A DNA stretch of 64,000 nt, taken from Lama guanicoe. Lineage: Eukaryota. Made by a program: the position numbers and the translations under genes. The first letter of the stretch is position 1. Each line of letters begins with the position of its first letter. Positions 36,278 through 49,329 of the stretch are shown piece after piece. The DNA is taken from contig MU055574.1 in assembly GCA_013239625.1 (NCBI GenBank), forward strand, positions 8,445,386-8,509,385. The letters are read 5' to 3'. A model generated the notes under the pieces. That model searched no databases. It had not been told where the DNA came from and saw only the letters and a list, made by a program, of their open reading frames with translations.

Positions 36278-37517
36278 TCATCTGAATGCATGGTGGAAAT
36301 GAGGCAGGATGGCTGAGCCAGTGCCAGCCGGGAACACATGGGGGATGGGGGGGAGGGGGAGCTGGCCCAGGCTCATAGTGCTCATGGCTAGTGAGGGATC
36401 TTGTTGCTGCTGCCCCAGACAGCTTAGCCTGTGGGGCAGGGACTCCCCAGGCCCCAGGGTGAGAGTGCTATTCCCAAAGGCATTTTGGGTAGCAGGAGGG
36501 GGCAGCTGCCAGAAGCCCAACAGGGGGGAAAGGTCCAAAGAGGCAGGTATTGTTAGGTTCACAGCGTCTGCAGGCAGCTCCTTGGGCAGGCTGACTTTAC
36601 CAGCACCTCCCTTGGCCAGATCAAAACCTGGGCTGAGCTTGTGAGGTGACTGAGGCTCTTGCAGAGGCAAGTCCTCAAGCAAATTGGTATTGCAGAATCC
36701 TTTAGTATCTGCTTTGAGGGGCAGGCTTGCAAGTGGGGAGTACGAGGTAGAACTGGTGTTGTACTTGTGATTCTGGGGGGCTGGGGGGGGAGAGCTGGGA
36801 GAGGCCACGGGGGGCAGGGGGGCCAGGAGCTCTGGCAGCGCCGGTACAGGCTGGGAGGTTGGCTCCGGGGGATTGTGGGTGTGGCTGTGTACCTCAGCTG
36901 GCAAGCTACTTGCAAGCCCGTTCTGTGCAGGAGCTCCTAAAGGGAAAGGAGACAGCGGGGCAGCCTTCAGTTGAAACTGGGGAGAGATGGAGTGGAAGGT
37001 GCTCAGAAGGTCTCCAGACTGCAGGCTCTCCTTCATCAGCTCCTGTGAGTGTGTCTTCTTGGTATGTCGTGTGAGGTGGTCTTTGCGCCCAAATCTCTGG
37101 GCGCAGAACTGACACAGGAAGTCCTTGCAGCCTGTGTGGACCACCAGGTGGCGCCGCACGTCTTTCCGGGTGTAGAAGCATCTTTCACAGTGGTCGCACT
37201 GGTGCTTCTTTTCCTTGGTTCCACTAGGGGGCTTCTCCTCGGCGTGGGCTTTGAGGTGGTCCAGCAGCACCTCTGTGCTCCCCAGCTCCAGGGCACAGAC
37301 GCCGCAGGTGAGGTCGCCGCTGCTGGCCGCGTGGAGGGCCAGGTGCCTCTTGTAGCCCAGCATGGTGTTGTACTTCTTCCCACACTCCTCACACCCAAAG
37401 GCCATTTTGTTGGGGTCGTGTGTTTGGAGGTGGTTTTTCAGGTGGTCTTTCCGGTTGAAGGTCTTCTCGCAGTGAGCGCACTGGTGGGACTTCTGGGGTG
37501 AGTGGGTAGCCATGTGC
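36278..37517 (-). CDS. PLAGL1: PLAGL1 (ZAC1/LOT1) last coding exon: end of ZF2, ZF3-7 and Pro/Ser-rich transactivation region
   Basis: ORF 36278..37537 has five complete C2H2 fingers, an LxxLL (LSPLL) motif and the C-terminus [12 protein letters not shown] typical of PLAG proteins. Acceptor ctgctcctAG| at 37518/37517; stop TGA 36280-36278. Confidence 0.98.
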
Positions 37518-40500
37518 CTAGGAGCAGAGGGAAACATGCCACAACAGACCCAGCTTTGTAAGAGCCGAAGAAAGGTGCAGCGACAACAGTAAAATGTTAA
37601 CAGTAGTTCTCTCTAGGTGGTGGTATGTGTATTTTAGTTTTAAAAAATACTTTTCTGTATTTTCCAGATTTTACACATAACCTTTGTAATAAAAAAGGCC
37701 TACATGATGCAACTTTCACACCTATAAGGAATGTACTTTGAGAACATAATTTCCTTGTATATACAGATTTCTAAACAAATACAAGTATACAAATATTTTT
37801 AAATGTAAGATCATAAAAAATACTTTTCAGGGAGGTGTATAAATGACCGTTCTATACTCTGAAAATTTCTGAATTTCCAAAAGTGATCCAATTTGCCTTC
37901 TATACAGAATCCCACACCCCCATCACCACCCCCACCATTGTTACTGTTCTTGCTCCTAACACAATTCCTGCTTGGTCCTGACTGGGACAAGAAGTTCAGG
38001 CCATAGATATAACGCTAAAAAGTCTATCCTTAACCTCAGAGAAAGTGTCTAATTGGACCCAGAAGGCCAATCTCACTACCTGTTCTGAACCTTCGCCTCG
38101 TGCCTCCCGTGAGATTACGCTTAAGTTTTGGATTCTTCCAGTTAATACTCTCCTATTGGCTATCATTTCAGATGTGTCTCCAGTTCTTCAAATCCATCTT
38201 AGACACTTTCAACTCGCTTCCTAAAGGTCATTGGTAACTTCACTGGCAAAAGGGCTTTTTCTAAAAGGACTAAGCTGCTCCTCCAGGACACCACGTGCTT
38301 TGTACCTGTCTTACCTGTTTGTAAGGCAACAGCTAAGACAGGTACAAACAACACTGAGAAATAGAGGCCAATGCAGTGAGTATCTGGGGGATCTGAAGTG
38401 GTGCTGGTCTCTCTGAGTTCTGGATGTATTTAAATGCAGTCAGGTTATAGAAAGGGTTCCTACAGCCTGCTAGAGGGCAAATAACCATGTTCTCTGACGA
38501 GATATTCACAGATACAGCATCTGGAATAGATGCGAGAAGGGACTGGTTTATAAATTTGGCATTTAGACAGTTTTCTTTCTATTTGGTCCAGCACTTGCGT
38601 GACTAGGACCCCAAAGCTCTGTTCTGGATCTTCTATTCTTGCCTCTCTCCTATTTCTTTGCAGCAGGTTTTTATCTGATTAGATTGCATTTATCACACAA
38701 GTGTAGATCAATGCCAAGTTTACAGCTCTGGACCTGGCCTTTCCCACCCACGCCATCCTGCCCTGATCCTGTACGTCCGTGAGATGGGCAGAGGCCGACA
38801 CCGCTCGCACCTGAGCAGTTGTAACACTGCTCTTCACATTTCACCAGTTCCCATCCCTCTGAGTATTCTGACTCTTTCCTTTGCCTGGCATCCAAGTCTT
38901 CTCCTTTTAATTTATCCCTCACTTGCTCAGGCAGCAGTCCCAATCCAGCATGTGGTCATCTTATAGCTGAAATTACTTCCTCATCTTGTTTCCCTCCCTC
39001 AGCTTCTCTTCTTACCTCACGACCCAAGAAGCCACCAGTTTCAGTCTGGCCTATGGTCAGCACCAAATAACACCACCTTTGGGTGTCACCTGGACCATGT
39101 CAATTATCTGAGAATTTCTCTGGGGTAACTGCTGGCAGGAAGACTCCCAACCAGGGACTCTGTCTGCCTTGCCAAGTCATCTATTCCTGCCCTTTGCCGT
39201 CTCCATCTGACTGCTTTCACCATTTGCTGCATTAGGTCCCATGTTCTCTTTCCTAGTTAAGCAAGTTGGTTATTTTCTTCTTCAATTTCTGCTTATAAAA
39301 TGGAGCTTAAGTTGCAACTGAGGGAAATGGATGGATGCTACCCTTTAAAAAAAAACAACCAAAAAGACCCTAAAGCATCCTGCCGCCTCACTCTTCTATT
39401 CTTTATCAGATCACTGCTTCAGGCCAGAGAGGCAAGAAATGGCGGCTGAGGCAGGGAAGGCGGTTCTTGCACAAAGTACACTGCTTCCCTTTTTTACCTC
39501 ACTTCACACCCTTAGCTGAACAAGCTGCTTCCCTTGCTCAGAACCACCACCTCCTAAATATTGCTTAAGATACCATCTTCAGTGTGGTTTACCACAGTAA
39601 TCCCACCTAATTCCTGCCATTCCAATAATCTGTTAGCTCCACCGTCTCTTCCAAGTATTCATCTCCTATATGTGTTTCAGTCTTTACCTACAGTTATAAT
39701 ATCCTCGTTGTGGCTTAACTGCAGCTAACGCTGCTTTTGGTGTTCAAGCAAGGATAATTACTGTGTACACATAAGAACCTTGCTGCAAAACAGGAAGCCT
39801 TTGCAACAAAATTGGTGCACACAGTAGGCACTCAATACTTACGTTTATGGCAACTAAAGATTGGCTGGTGTACAGGACACATTTGATTTTAAACATTTAT
39901 AGGCTTATTTTAAAAAATCACCTTATTATATTACATTATCTATAACAATGCTACTCTTAAGGGCCAGGAACATAATTTATCTCTCTCTCTCGCTCAAGTG
40001 CTTTCCTGAAGGGGCAGTCCAGGATCTAATAATAATGTGGTTTGTGCTCATACCACTCAAATGGAAATTCTTGCTAAATTCTGACTCTCACCTATGCATT
40101 TATATGTAGTTTAAAAGTTAAAGTTTATTTCATGAAGACTAGAGGCAAGAGATGTATTTTCAGATGTCAAGTCTCAAAAGAAGCATGTATGATTGGGAGT
40201 TCTGTGCGTACAGCTCTAAGGGTACCATGTACACAGCACACGGCCTTCACTGTCGGAGTGTTGTGCAACTTACTGATTTTGAGTATACGTCGTCTTTTCT
40301 ATGATATAAAAATCCTTTACAGGCAGAAGCTACATGTAATATTTATTTCCCTCATGGAAGTGAGTACCTCATAGGCACTCAAAAAGTAACTCAGACTAAA
40401 TGGACCTATCTCCTAAAAGAGTAGTTTTTATCCTTTGTCGTATCATGGACGCCTTTGAAAATCTGATTCAATGCTCATACTCAACATCTGTATACCCAAC

Positions 40501-41315
40501 AGAATTCCACCTGTTAGGGTGGCTTTTAGACCCAAGTTGAAAAACTTGGGAAACTGGCACTCAGAGGTGATTCTTCCTCCACCCTGACTCTCAGGACCTG
40601 GATAAGCCCCCGATATACAATCCCTGGCCAATTACAGCAGACGGCACTTCAGCCCACTTGCCTCTTCTCTCTTCTCCAAATTACTACCAGAGCCATCTTT
40701 CTAACATCCTACTCAAATCAGGTTTTTCAGTTCTTAGACTTACGAGAAGAAAACGAACCCTTTAGGGCAGTAGACAAGGCCTGTCTTGAGCCACTTCCGT
40801 CTTGCTTACATTTTGAGCCTCACCCCGTTCCTCTTCCAACACCACCCTCTGTCCACATGTGCTTTAAGGCCAAAGCTGAGGGCTTTCCCAGAACCTCCTC
40901 CCTGTCCGCCTCCCGTTCATTGTTTATGTCACAGCTGAAGATGGCACCTTTCTGAGCTGCCTCCCCAGATATCAGGCCGTGGAGAACAACTTCCTCCGCC
41001 TGCCTAGCTCTGTCAGATTGCATCCTAATTGTGTTTGCATGACTATCTCCCCAGCCATGTGTCTTCTCATCTTTCTGTCCTTAGGCCTGGCTTAGTGTAG
41101 GAACACAAGAAATACTTCTTGAAAAAGTGAACTGGACACTGCAGAGCACAACTGTCATATAGAAAGAACTAGAGTAATCACTGGGGATACAGCCTTAAAG
41201 GCAGAAATGCCTCCACACTCTGCATCCCTTTCCCCAGGCAGTGTTTGCTCTGAGGGCTAGCAAAGCCTTTTTAAAGGTATGTGTTAAAGGACATACCTTT
41301 TCTAAAGCCTCTCAC

Positions 41316-41467
41316 CTCATTAATTTATATCTGGAAATGAAGGCTTTGCCACAGTCTGGCTGCAAGCACTTGTAGGGTCGCTCCCTGGAGTGGGAATAAT
41401 TGTGGATAGTGAACTTCTCCAGGGTGAGGAACGTCTTGCCACATAATTGGCAGGGGTACGTGGCCAT
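41316..41467 (-). CDS. PLAGL1: PLAGL1 first coding exon, CDS part ([50 protein letters not shown]+AG), ZF1 and most of ZF2
   Basis: ATG at 41467, 152 nt, donor GAG|GTGAGA. Phase 2 joins 37517 to give ...KLMRHMATH. Total 463 aa, the length I recall for non-rodent PLAGL1. Confidence 0.96.
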
Positions 41468-41796
41468 GGGCTTTGTCTCTCACACCTTCCTTTTCAGATG
41501 CGCTGACCAAATACTGTGCCATTTAAGTACAAATAGAAGGATGGTGCTGAGCACATCGGCAAAGCCACAGCAGCTGAACTCCAGGCCAGAGAGGAGGCAG
41601 CGTTGTGGTCCTGGACCTGGTTCTACCCAGACATGGGCCTCTCAGTTACCACTAGCTCTGCTTGCTGCTTCCCACATCCCAACTTCCATGCAGTCTCGGG
41701 CTGAGAGGGGAAAGTCTGAGGCACAGATGAGGTTCCAGGAGCAGAAAGGCAAACCGCATCACTAGCGCTGGGGCATGTCCTGGATCCCTGGGCTAT
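41468..41796 (-). other. PLAGL1: 5'-UTR part (329 nt) of the first coding exon of PLAGL1
   Basis: Strong minus-strand acceptor ttcctcttctctccgcAG| at 41797/41796. Confidence 0.7.
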
Positions 41797-43065
41797 CTGC
41801 GGAGAGAAGAGGAACAGTTTCTTGCTTTAGCCGCTTGAAAACAGCGCTTTTCCTCCCCCCCCCCACCCCAACCAGTTCAGCATCAACGCGCTCCTTCACA
41901 TGGCTCTAATGCAACACGACTCCCCATCCTCCCGGTGTGCTGTAAGAGGTCCTTCTGCACTCGGATCCACCTGTCTGTGCTTCTCCTGAGTGGCAGGAGT
42001 CAGGTGCACAGTGTTTTGATGGAGGACAAAGCACACTTTCCCTTACGACAGAGACACCTGTTTTCATGGACTCAGTATTATCTACTCCAAACCATGACTT
42101 CAGGTCTGTGTGAGGTTCAATCTGCCAATTCAAAGAAAAAGAAAAAAGAAAACTCCCCAGTGTGTTTGAATGCTCTACTGGTACAGAAACAAAAACCATC
42201 CCTGCTTATTCAAACCACTCCTCTTCACTCATTGAGGGCAGAACATAAGTTGTTTATCACACCTGTTTAAACTTCCAGGGGATGAGACGAAATAATTTGT
42301 ATACATCTAAGTTAATTTGTTTGTAAGGTCACCGTGCAGAAGGACTCAAGTCTATGGTGTAAACAGAGTGGGAATAAAACTGGTTTAATTCACTGATGTG
42401 GTGCCTTTGGAGGGGACACAAGAGATTCCCATAGAGGGAGACAGAAGTGACGGCTCAGACAAAGCTCAGGCTGCATTTAAATGTGCAGGCACCACCCTCG
42501 AGTAAATTGTTCTGCTCATCTTTCCCCCTTTTGTTTATGGGAACATTTCCTCATTCTCCAGCCCCACCCTGGGGGGCCAGCGACCTGCAGGACGGCCACT
42601 TCTAGGACACGGGCTTACTGCCTCAACCTCAACCTGACTCAAACCCCAGTTCTTAACTGCCCTCCAACCCAGGCAAAGTCACCCAAGTCCAGGCTCTTTT
42701 TCTACTAACAGACCACTGTTTGTTTGGAAGCCTTAAGAGTCTGAGGCAGCATCATGGACAACAGAGAAAAGGCTGGCTGTCTAGAGTCCTGTGCTCTTCT
42801 AGAGAGAGTAATTTTCAGACAGTGGACGTTAACCTTTCAAGTGCCAATACTTAAAAAAAATTAGCGTACTCTATGCTTACATTAAACACACTGGAGTAGC
42901 TTTTGTACACAGGCCGCCTCTGTGAACTTTGTCAAGTGAGCAGGGCACTCATGGTAACCTGACCAATCAGAGCAGGTCTTCAAAGCGTCGGTTCCCTGCA
43001 GCCATTCATTTATTGCCAAGTCGCTCAGAGCTGCTCTTTATTGTTAAAAGTTAATTTTTACTTAC

Positions 43066-43099
43066 CTTTTCAGTTACTTTCAGATCAGAAAGTTGGAGT
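43066..43099 (-). other. Weaker candidate 34-nt leader exon of PLAGL1
   Basis: Consensus donor AAG|GTAAGT at 43066/43065. The acceptor tttcatctagctAG| has a poor pyrimidine tract (alternative AG 4 nt upstream). Confidence 0.3.
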
Positions 43100-46000
43100 C
43101 TAGCTAGATGAAATTTTATTATAATAATAGTTCAGGCACCTTTAAATATATCAGGACACAGCACATGCACATAGACAAGCACACATTCCTTTTTTAAGGG
43201 GCAAAGATTGCAGGAAACTTCTTATGTTCCTCTTCAATTAGCTCAGATGTTTTTAGTGTCTGGTCAGAGTTCACACGGAGCCGGCACCAGGCAGATACCC
43301 CTCACTGTCCTGCCCCACCTGCTTGGAACCTTCAGAGCTGACGTGCGCACTTTGACCTGAAGCTTCAAGCACTGATCCAAAGCCGGGGACACGGGTGTTC
43401 TCAGCCAACATCTTGGCACCAAACCTCCTTTCTGATGGCAGCATGCACAGACCTTATTCCTCTGTGACCAAGTATGACTTGAACTGAACCCTCGTCCTGG
43501 CTCTGTCCAAACCCCTCTCCCCCAGCTCCTCGTTCCCTCGCCCTGTGCCAGTTCACTCCCGAGGCTCGGCCTCGTTTGAGGCATCCCAACCACCCTGGCC
43601 ACAAACGAAATAATTCCTTCCAGGAATTCTATCCCGTGTGGCCGAGTTTTTGCTGCCAGGTCTCATGATGTGTCCTACTTCTCATCCAGCCTAAGTCTGG
43701 CTGTAATACCGGCCCAGCTATGAAAGGCAGAGAATTTATCATCATCGTTAAATGTACTCATTCACTTGAAGTTGCTGTGTTTTTTCCAGGTCTATTTAAA
43801 AAGATTAAAATGTGCACACGGTATGAAGTTTGAAATTCATCTTTTCCTTGTTCTCTTTAGAGCTGAACTCAAAACAGCACTAGTCACTCAGGAGGAGGGA
43901 GGAGCTGGCCTGCTGGTGAGGACTTTATGTTTTTCTCACCGACACCAATCCCCTGCATAGACCCTTTAAATTCATTCTCCCCAGCTCTTGCTTTAGGAGA
44001 GATGACCAGCATGCCCAGCGGGACTCTCTGTGATGGAAATGGGTGGCTGCTGAACACTCAAAACGCGACACTGAGAAACGGACATTTTTACGTTATTTAA
44101 CCTTAAAGAGCCACATGAGGCTAGTGGCTGCCACACAGGAAGGTACGAGCGGCATCTTAGCTTCATGTCAAGAGAGGGAGGCAAGCTCTGCTTTTCTTCA
44201 GACACAGCTATGCTGCCGAGTGGCCTCAGGTGTTTCCCTGAAGCACAGGAGGTATTCACGTAGGTCCAGTCACTGGTTTCATGAATACAGTGCTAAGGTT
44301 CCCTAGTTCAAATTCCAGCTTACCCACTGGTTAGCTATGTCCTGAGGTTCAGTTTCCTCATTTGCGGTATCTACCTGATGCGTGTCAATGGGCTGACGGG
44401 GACAACCTACTGAAACAAGACGGAGCAGAAGGCACCCTGTTATCTAAAAACACATCACATGAATACATGGTAACGTCTATAAACATTGAGATGAAAAGTA
44501 GAAACCATCAGCTGCAAACTGGCACGTGGTTCTAACCACTCAGCAGTGGAGATGATGGAAAAAAGACAGAGGTTCTCTCCTATGTATAATTCATCATCCA
44601 TCACTCATAGTGGGAGGAGCCAGAAGTCTGGAGCATACACATGTTCACACACACAGAAAGGACCCGTGAGGCTGTAAGTAAAAATTAGCCCGCGTTCTTT
44701 GTTTCCCAACAGCTATCAACTTTGATTACCAACACACCAAGAATACAAAGGGAAAACAAGGTTTGTTCAGTTAAAGAAAAGAGTACCTGCCCTTTAGCAC
44801 TGAATAGACTTTTCCCAGATCCCAGCCACTTTTCTAGATCCAGGAGTCCAACAGTCATGTTTCATCATCATCTACATTTCCCCTGGGCCTTCAAAGATGG
44901 TGGGTGTATAATCAGGGAGTTTTAGACATGGTTATGTTGTATTTACGTGTGAGACAATTCCTCCACCTCTTTCCCCATTAAACTTCCAAACAACATCAAC
45001 AACAAAACATTAAGTCACTTGAACATTTTTACACTTATTTAACTTACTGCATGAATGTCTCTGCCCAAGACTTTTATCTTTTTGAGTTTTAGGTCTCTGT
45101 GTTAAATATACTTAGTCTAACACTAAGTGCAAAGCTGGTCCTCAAATGTTGAACTGAATTAACTTATGATAGTAAACATTCCTTAATTTCTTCAGGAAGG
45201 CTTTTTAAAAATGATGTTCAAATTCACAAACAGTTACATTTCATTCACCATAACGGTGTATTTCATTAATGTAGATCTTCAAACATAAATATTTGTACTG
45301 TTTTCATGATATAATCACAAACGTCTATAAACATGGTCTTTCCCAACAGATTATAAATTCATTGTGGCTGAGGATCAAAGCCCAGCTATTTTTAAAAAAT
45401 AAACCGTGTGGATGATACATCTCCCATCACCGTGTGCTTGACCAGTACTGGTTGGCCGCTGCTGATTCCAATCTTTGGTTGAAACCTGATGAGCTTTCTG
45501 GCCACATCCTTAAAACAGACTTGTGATTAACTTTCTATTATTTGGCAAACTGCCAACAATCCTAACCGAGCCCTGACAAAGGGATGGCCCTGATGATGGT
45601 CAGTCTGTTCTGTGACCTGACGTACAGATTGCATTCGAGTCTTAAATACGGTAATATTTCAACACCTGTCACCCTGGAAAGATAGTAAGTCTTCCCCCAA
45701 AACATCTCAGGACATAATTTTCAATCCCCTTGGTTCTAAAAATACTGAGTGAGTGATACAGATCTGCCAGTATGCCAAAGAAGGCTTGTGCCATCTGCTT
45801 CATTCTGTTCATGCTGATTATTTTGGGGATGAGAGAGGATCAGATTGGAATAAGAACATATATATATGGCAACAGCCAGGAAGGACTGTGTTCCCTGAGG
45901 GCTGGTGGTATACGTCGGTACAGGGAGAGGTCCGAGCACAAGTGCAGTGCCAGGACGTCCCCGGTGCTGCGTAACACAATCATCCAATGGGGCGCAAATG

Positions 46001-49000
46001 TTTTACAACATTCTCAAAATAAACGATGACTTCTGGCGTCTATTTCCATTGTCCCCAGTGACACAACGCAAGGCCCATTTCTGAGAGGAAATTGGATTTC
46101 CATTTTTAGTCTTCCAACACGGATACTCTAAGTTCTTTTTTTGACTCCATTCATCACCACTCCTTGTGGATAAGAAGGTCCTCCAAACGTTTCTTTCTCT
46201 CTCATACTCCCCAAACCTGGGGTTTCTTTTATGTGTATGTGTTAAGGCCAATTTAAAAAGGGTCTCTAACAAGGTTGTTTCTTTTCATACTCACGAAATA
46301 TGTAACAGCTAATCATGGAGCAGGGTAGGTGGAAATTCATTATTTGGCTCCAAGAGGCTTCTAGAGAGGGTGCTCCCTCAATATCTGAAGGACTCCAGTA
46401 GCAGGTCTCTATCATCAATGAAAAAAACTGTCCAGACACATTAGGAGAAAGAAGGTACACAAACCTCTAGGTGGGTGCTATTGCTTATTTTTTTATCATG
46501 CACACGCACTGTCAGGTTTCTTAGGTGTCACATCTGGGCAGGCGTGACATCAGAAGAGTTGGAGCTCACTATGTGCCTACTCGGCAAAAGAGGTGCTCCT
46601 GCGGCCGGACTCATCACCTGGTTGAGGGTGACAGACCAGATGGCTGTGGCTGGATTTGCAGCCTTAACTGAGAGCAGGAGTTCATTACTGGGGCCAAGGC
46701 AGAGCTTCCAGGGCCCATGGCTGTGAATTCTCTAAACTTCTGTGCAAAATTAGGAGCCATGCGTACTGGAATTCTTATGAGGAGAGGGACCACAGCTTTC
46801 TTCAGACTCTCCGAGGGGCCCTAGATTTAAACAGGTTAAAGGACACTGACTCAGATGAAAAAAGAGAAAAGCCCTCTCGGTGCTGCCCACTCGGGTTTAC
46901 TCCTCACAAAATCACTGACATTTCCTGAGCCTTGAGCCATATATTTTGTGGCTCAATCACTGCATTTTATCAGGTTAAAGTAAAAAAGAAGGGTCTATAA
47001 TACTGTTCTTTGGAAATTCAAGCAGTAAACAACTTGTACAAATTTCACTTCAAATAGGGGTACATATGATCACTCAGTAGATCCTATCGTGTAAGACAGG
47101 CCCGCCTTATGACTCGAGGGCAGACTGCCCTTAAAATCATAGGGACTCATTCGCCAGCATTTTTAAAAATCCTTCATTAAAGTGTGAGAGTGTGTCCTCA
47201 ATAAAGTACTGATACTGTCATGAAAACCCCTAACACCTGAGCTGACACATCACTTGGGGGAAGGCTCTCGCCTACAATGAACTGTCAGGCTAGATCCACA
47301 ACGCCTGTCACCCAGCCGTCTGCAGGCCCCTCTCCCGCGGCAGCCCAAAGGCACCCGAGGCCACACACCCGTCTCCCTGCTATTTCCTTAATGCTCCTGT
47401 GTTTTCCACACGATGCGCCTTCCAGGACTGTCCTGCCGCCCCTCGCCCACCTGGCCAACTCCTACTTTTCCCTGTCTCTCCTGGGCAGAAGAGTGAGCTC
47501 CTTTTCCACATGGTAAGATGGTCAGACAGGGAGACCACTGAGGAAGTAATCATAATAGTGCAGGTGAGACCCAGGGCCTTGGGCGAAGGTGGTGGGGTGA
47601 GAGGGTAGAAATACAGCACTGAAAACCATGGTTAAATCAGAAAGAGAAAAATGTGTCTGGTGAGAAACTACCTCCACGAAAGGTCCTTCTGTGCTGCCTC
47701 CAGAACGATTTACTCAACACCTGACAGCTCCTCCTTAACACGTTTGAAACAACTCGCTCTGGCTCTCAGTGGAGGGGAGCACCGACTGACCCTGCCCCTC
47801 TCTTCTGCCCTGGGGGGCACCCCGCCTCCCGGCCTGCTGAGCAATCAGGTTTGCTGCCTACTGACTCTTGACTGTCATCTCGAGAGACTTAATTTTGCTA
47901 ACCCAGTAATTAAGCTCTTATTTTCTTAGAAACAAGGCCTAAAATAAGCAAGAAAGCCAAAATGAATTGTTTAATATTCAGAGAGAAAATTAATGAGAAA
48001 GCTGTCCAGCTGATTATACCACAGCTTTAGAAAATCGAATCTATGCACTAGACTTAGAAAATCTGACAAAGGACAGGGTGCTAACCATCTATTCACAAAA
48101 AGCATGAGTAATATCTAGTTAAAGATGATAAACTGAATAAAAGTACACAGCTCCAACCTCTCCTGAACTCTGCTAACACAATATTAATGAGATTTTTCAA
48201 AAACACAGCCTACAGTAACAGGGAAGGAGAAAACAGCGACAAAGCTTTGGGAGCTGGAAAGCAGGTAAACACGCAGCAAGTGACCTCGCAGTCCTAAGGA
48301 CGCTGGATTCCAGGTCAGTAACAAGAAACCACGAAGCAACCTGATGTGCCCTGCAGAACCCATCAAAAGTCTAAAATTTTGGCACTAGGTACTTCTGGAA
48401 GTGGGGATGAAAGAGGGTATAGAAACAGGAAGAGTGGCTTCAAGTCTGTCAGCGCATTCATCACTCTGACCCCCGCTGACAGGGGGTGTGAGGAGGGGGT
48501 ACCTCGCCGAAGCAGGGGGAATCAAGTGGAAGCCTGCACACTCCCCCTATTCGGCCATGAGAACAATGGCAACCAGGCCCATTATACTCTCCAGGGCAGG
48601 AGACTGAAGGAGTCCTCCCTGGGAAAGCTGGCCAGCCCAAGAGAAAAGAGCTAACGACAAGGATAAATGGCAGTCCTGAAGGGTTTACCCATATTTCCCT
48701 ACATCGAAGCCCCTGTTGACAGGCCCTCAATAAGTATACAAAGCTCCCATCAGCTTTTTGACGGCTCCACTCATAAGTCAGTAAGCAGCGAGGATCACCA
48801 GAAATCAGAAGCAAGCATCTAATAGGAAAAAAACAACACAGAACAAATAGAGAAAAAGCAGTGAGGATAAAGAAGAAGTAAAAAAAGATTGTGAGGGGAA
48901 AAAAACCTTCAAAAACAACTATCATTAACATCCTAGCAAGAATCGAGACATCCCTAAGAGAACAGGATTTTTAAAACAGAAAACAACAACAAAGACAGTG

Positions 49001-49329
49001 GCAGGTACAGAACCCCAGGGGCAGGCACTTGCTGGGGAAGCATCTAGGAATCTACAGTTCTAATAAACTCTCTCGGTGATGCTTTGGTAGCTTTACGTCT
49101 GCCAATGTGGCTTCTTTTGAAGGGACCTGCTATTTTTACATCTTTGCTAGTCCTAATGCTCACTAGTGATTAGCATCATGAAGCAACCTTTCATAGCACA
49201 GCTAATACAACCCAGAGACTAATTAACAGTAAAATCATTCATAGGTTAAGTGGTTAAAATGTACATCATTAGACTAAGAAACAGGAAAGCAGACAACTTT
49301 AAAGCTATGAAAGTTTACTATCTTCATCA

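Noticed and set aside
37049-37501. 150-aa plus-strand ORF and other ORFs overlapping the PLAGL1 last exon (36309.., 36559.., 36906.., 37036..)
   Set aside because: Antisense and alternative-frame shadows expected from GC-rich zinc-finger codon usage; no recognisable domains or splice context.
37518-37537. ATG at 37537 giving the track's 419-aa ORF (MFPSAPR...)
   Set aside because: Lies in the intron's pyrimidine tract upstream of the acceptor. The real N-terminus comes from the 41467 exon or from Met53.
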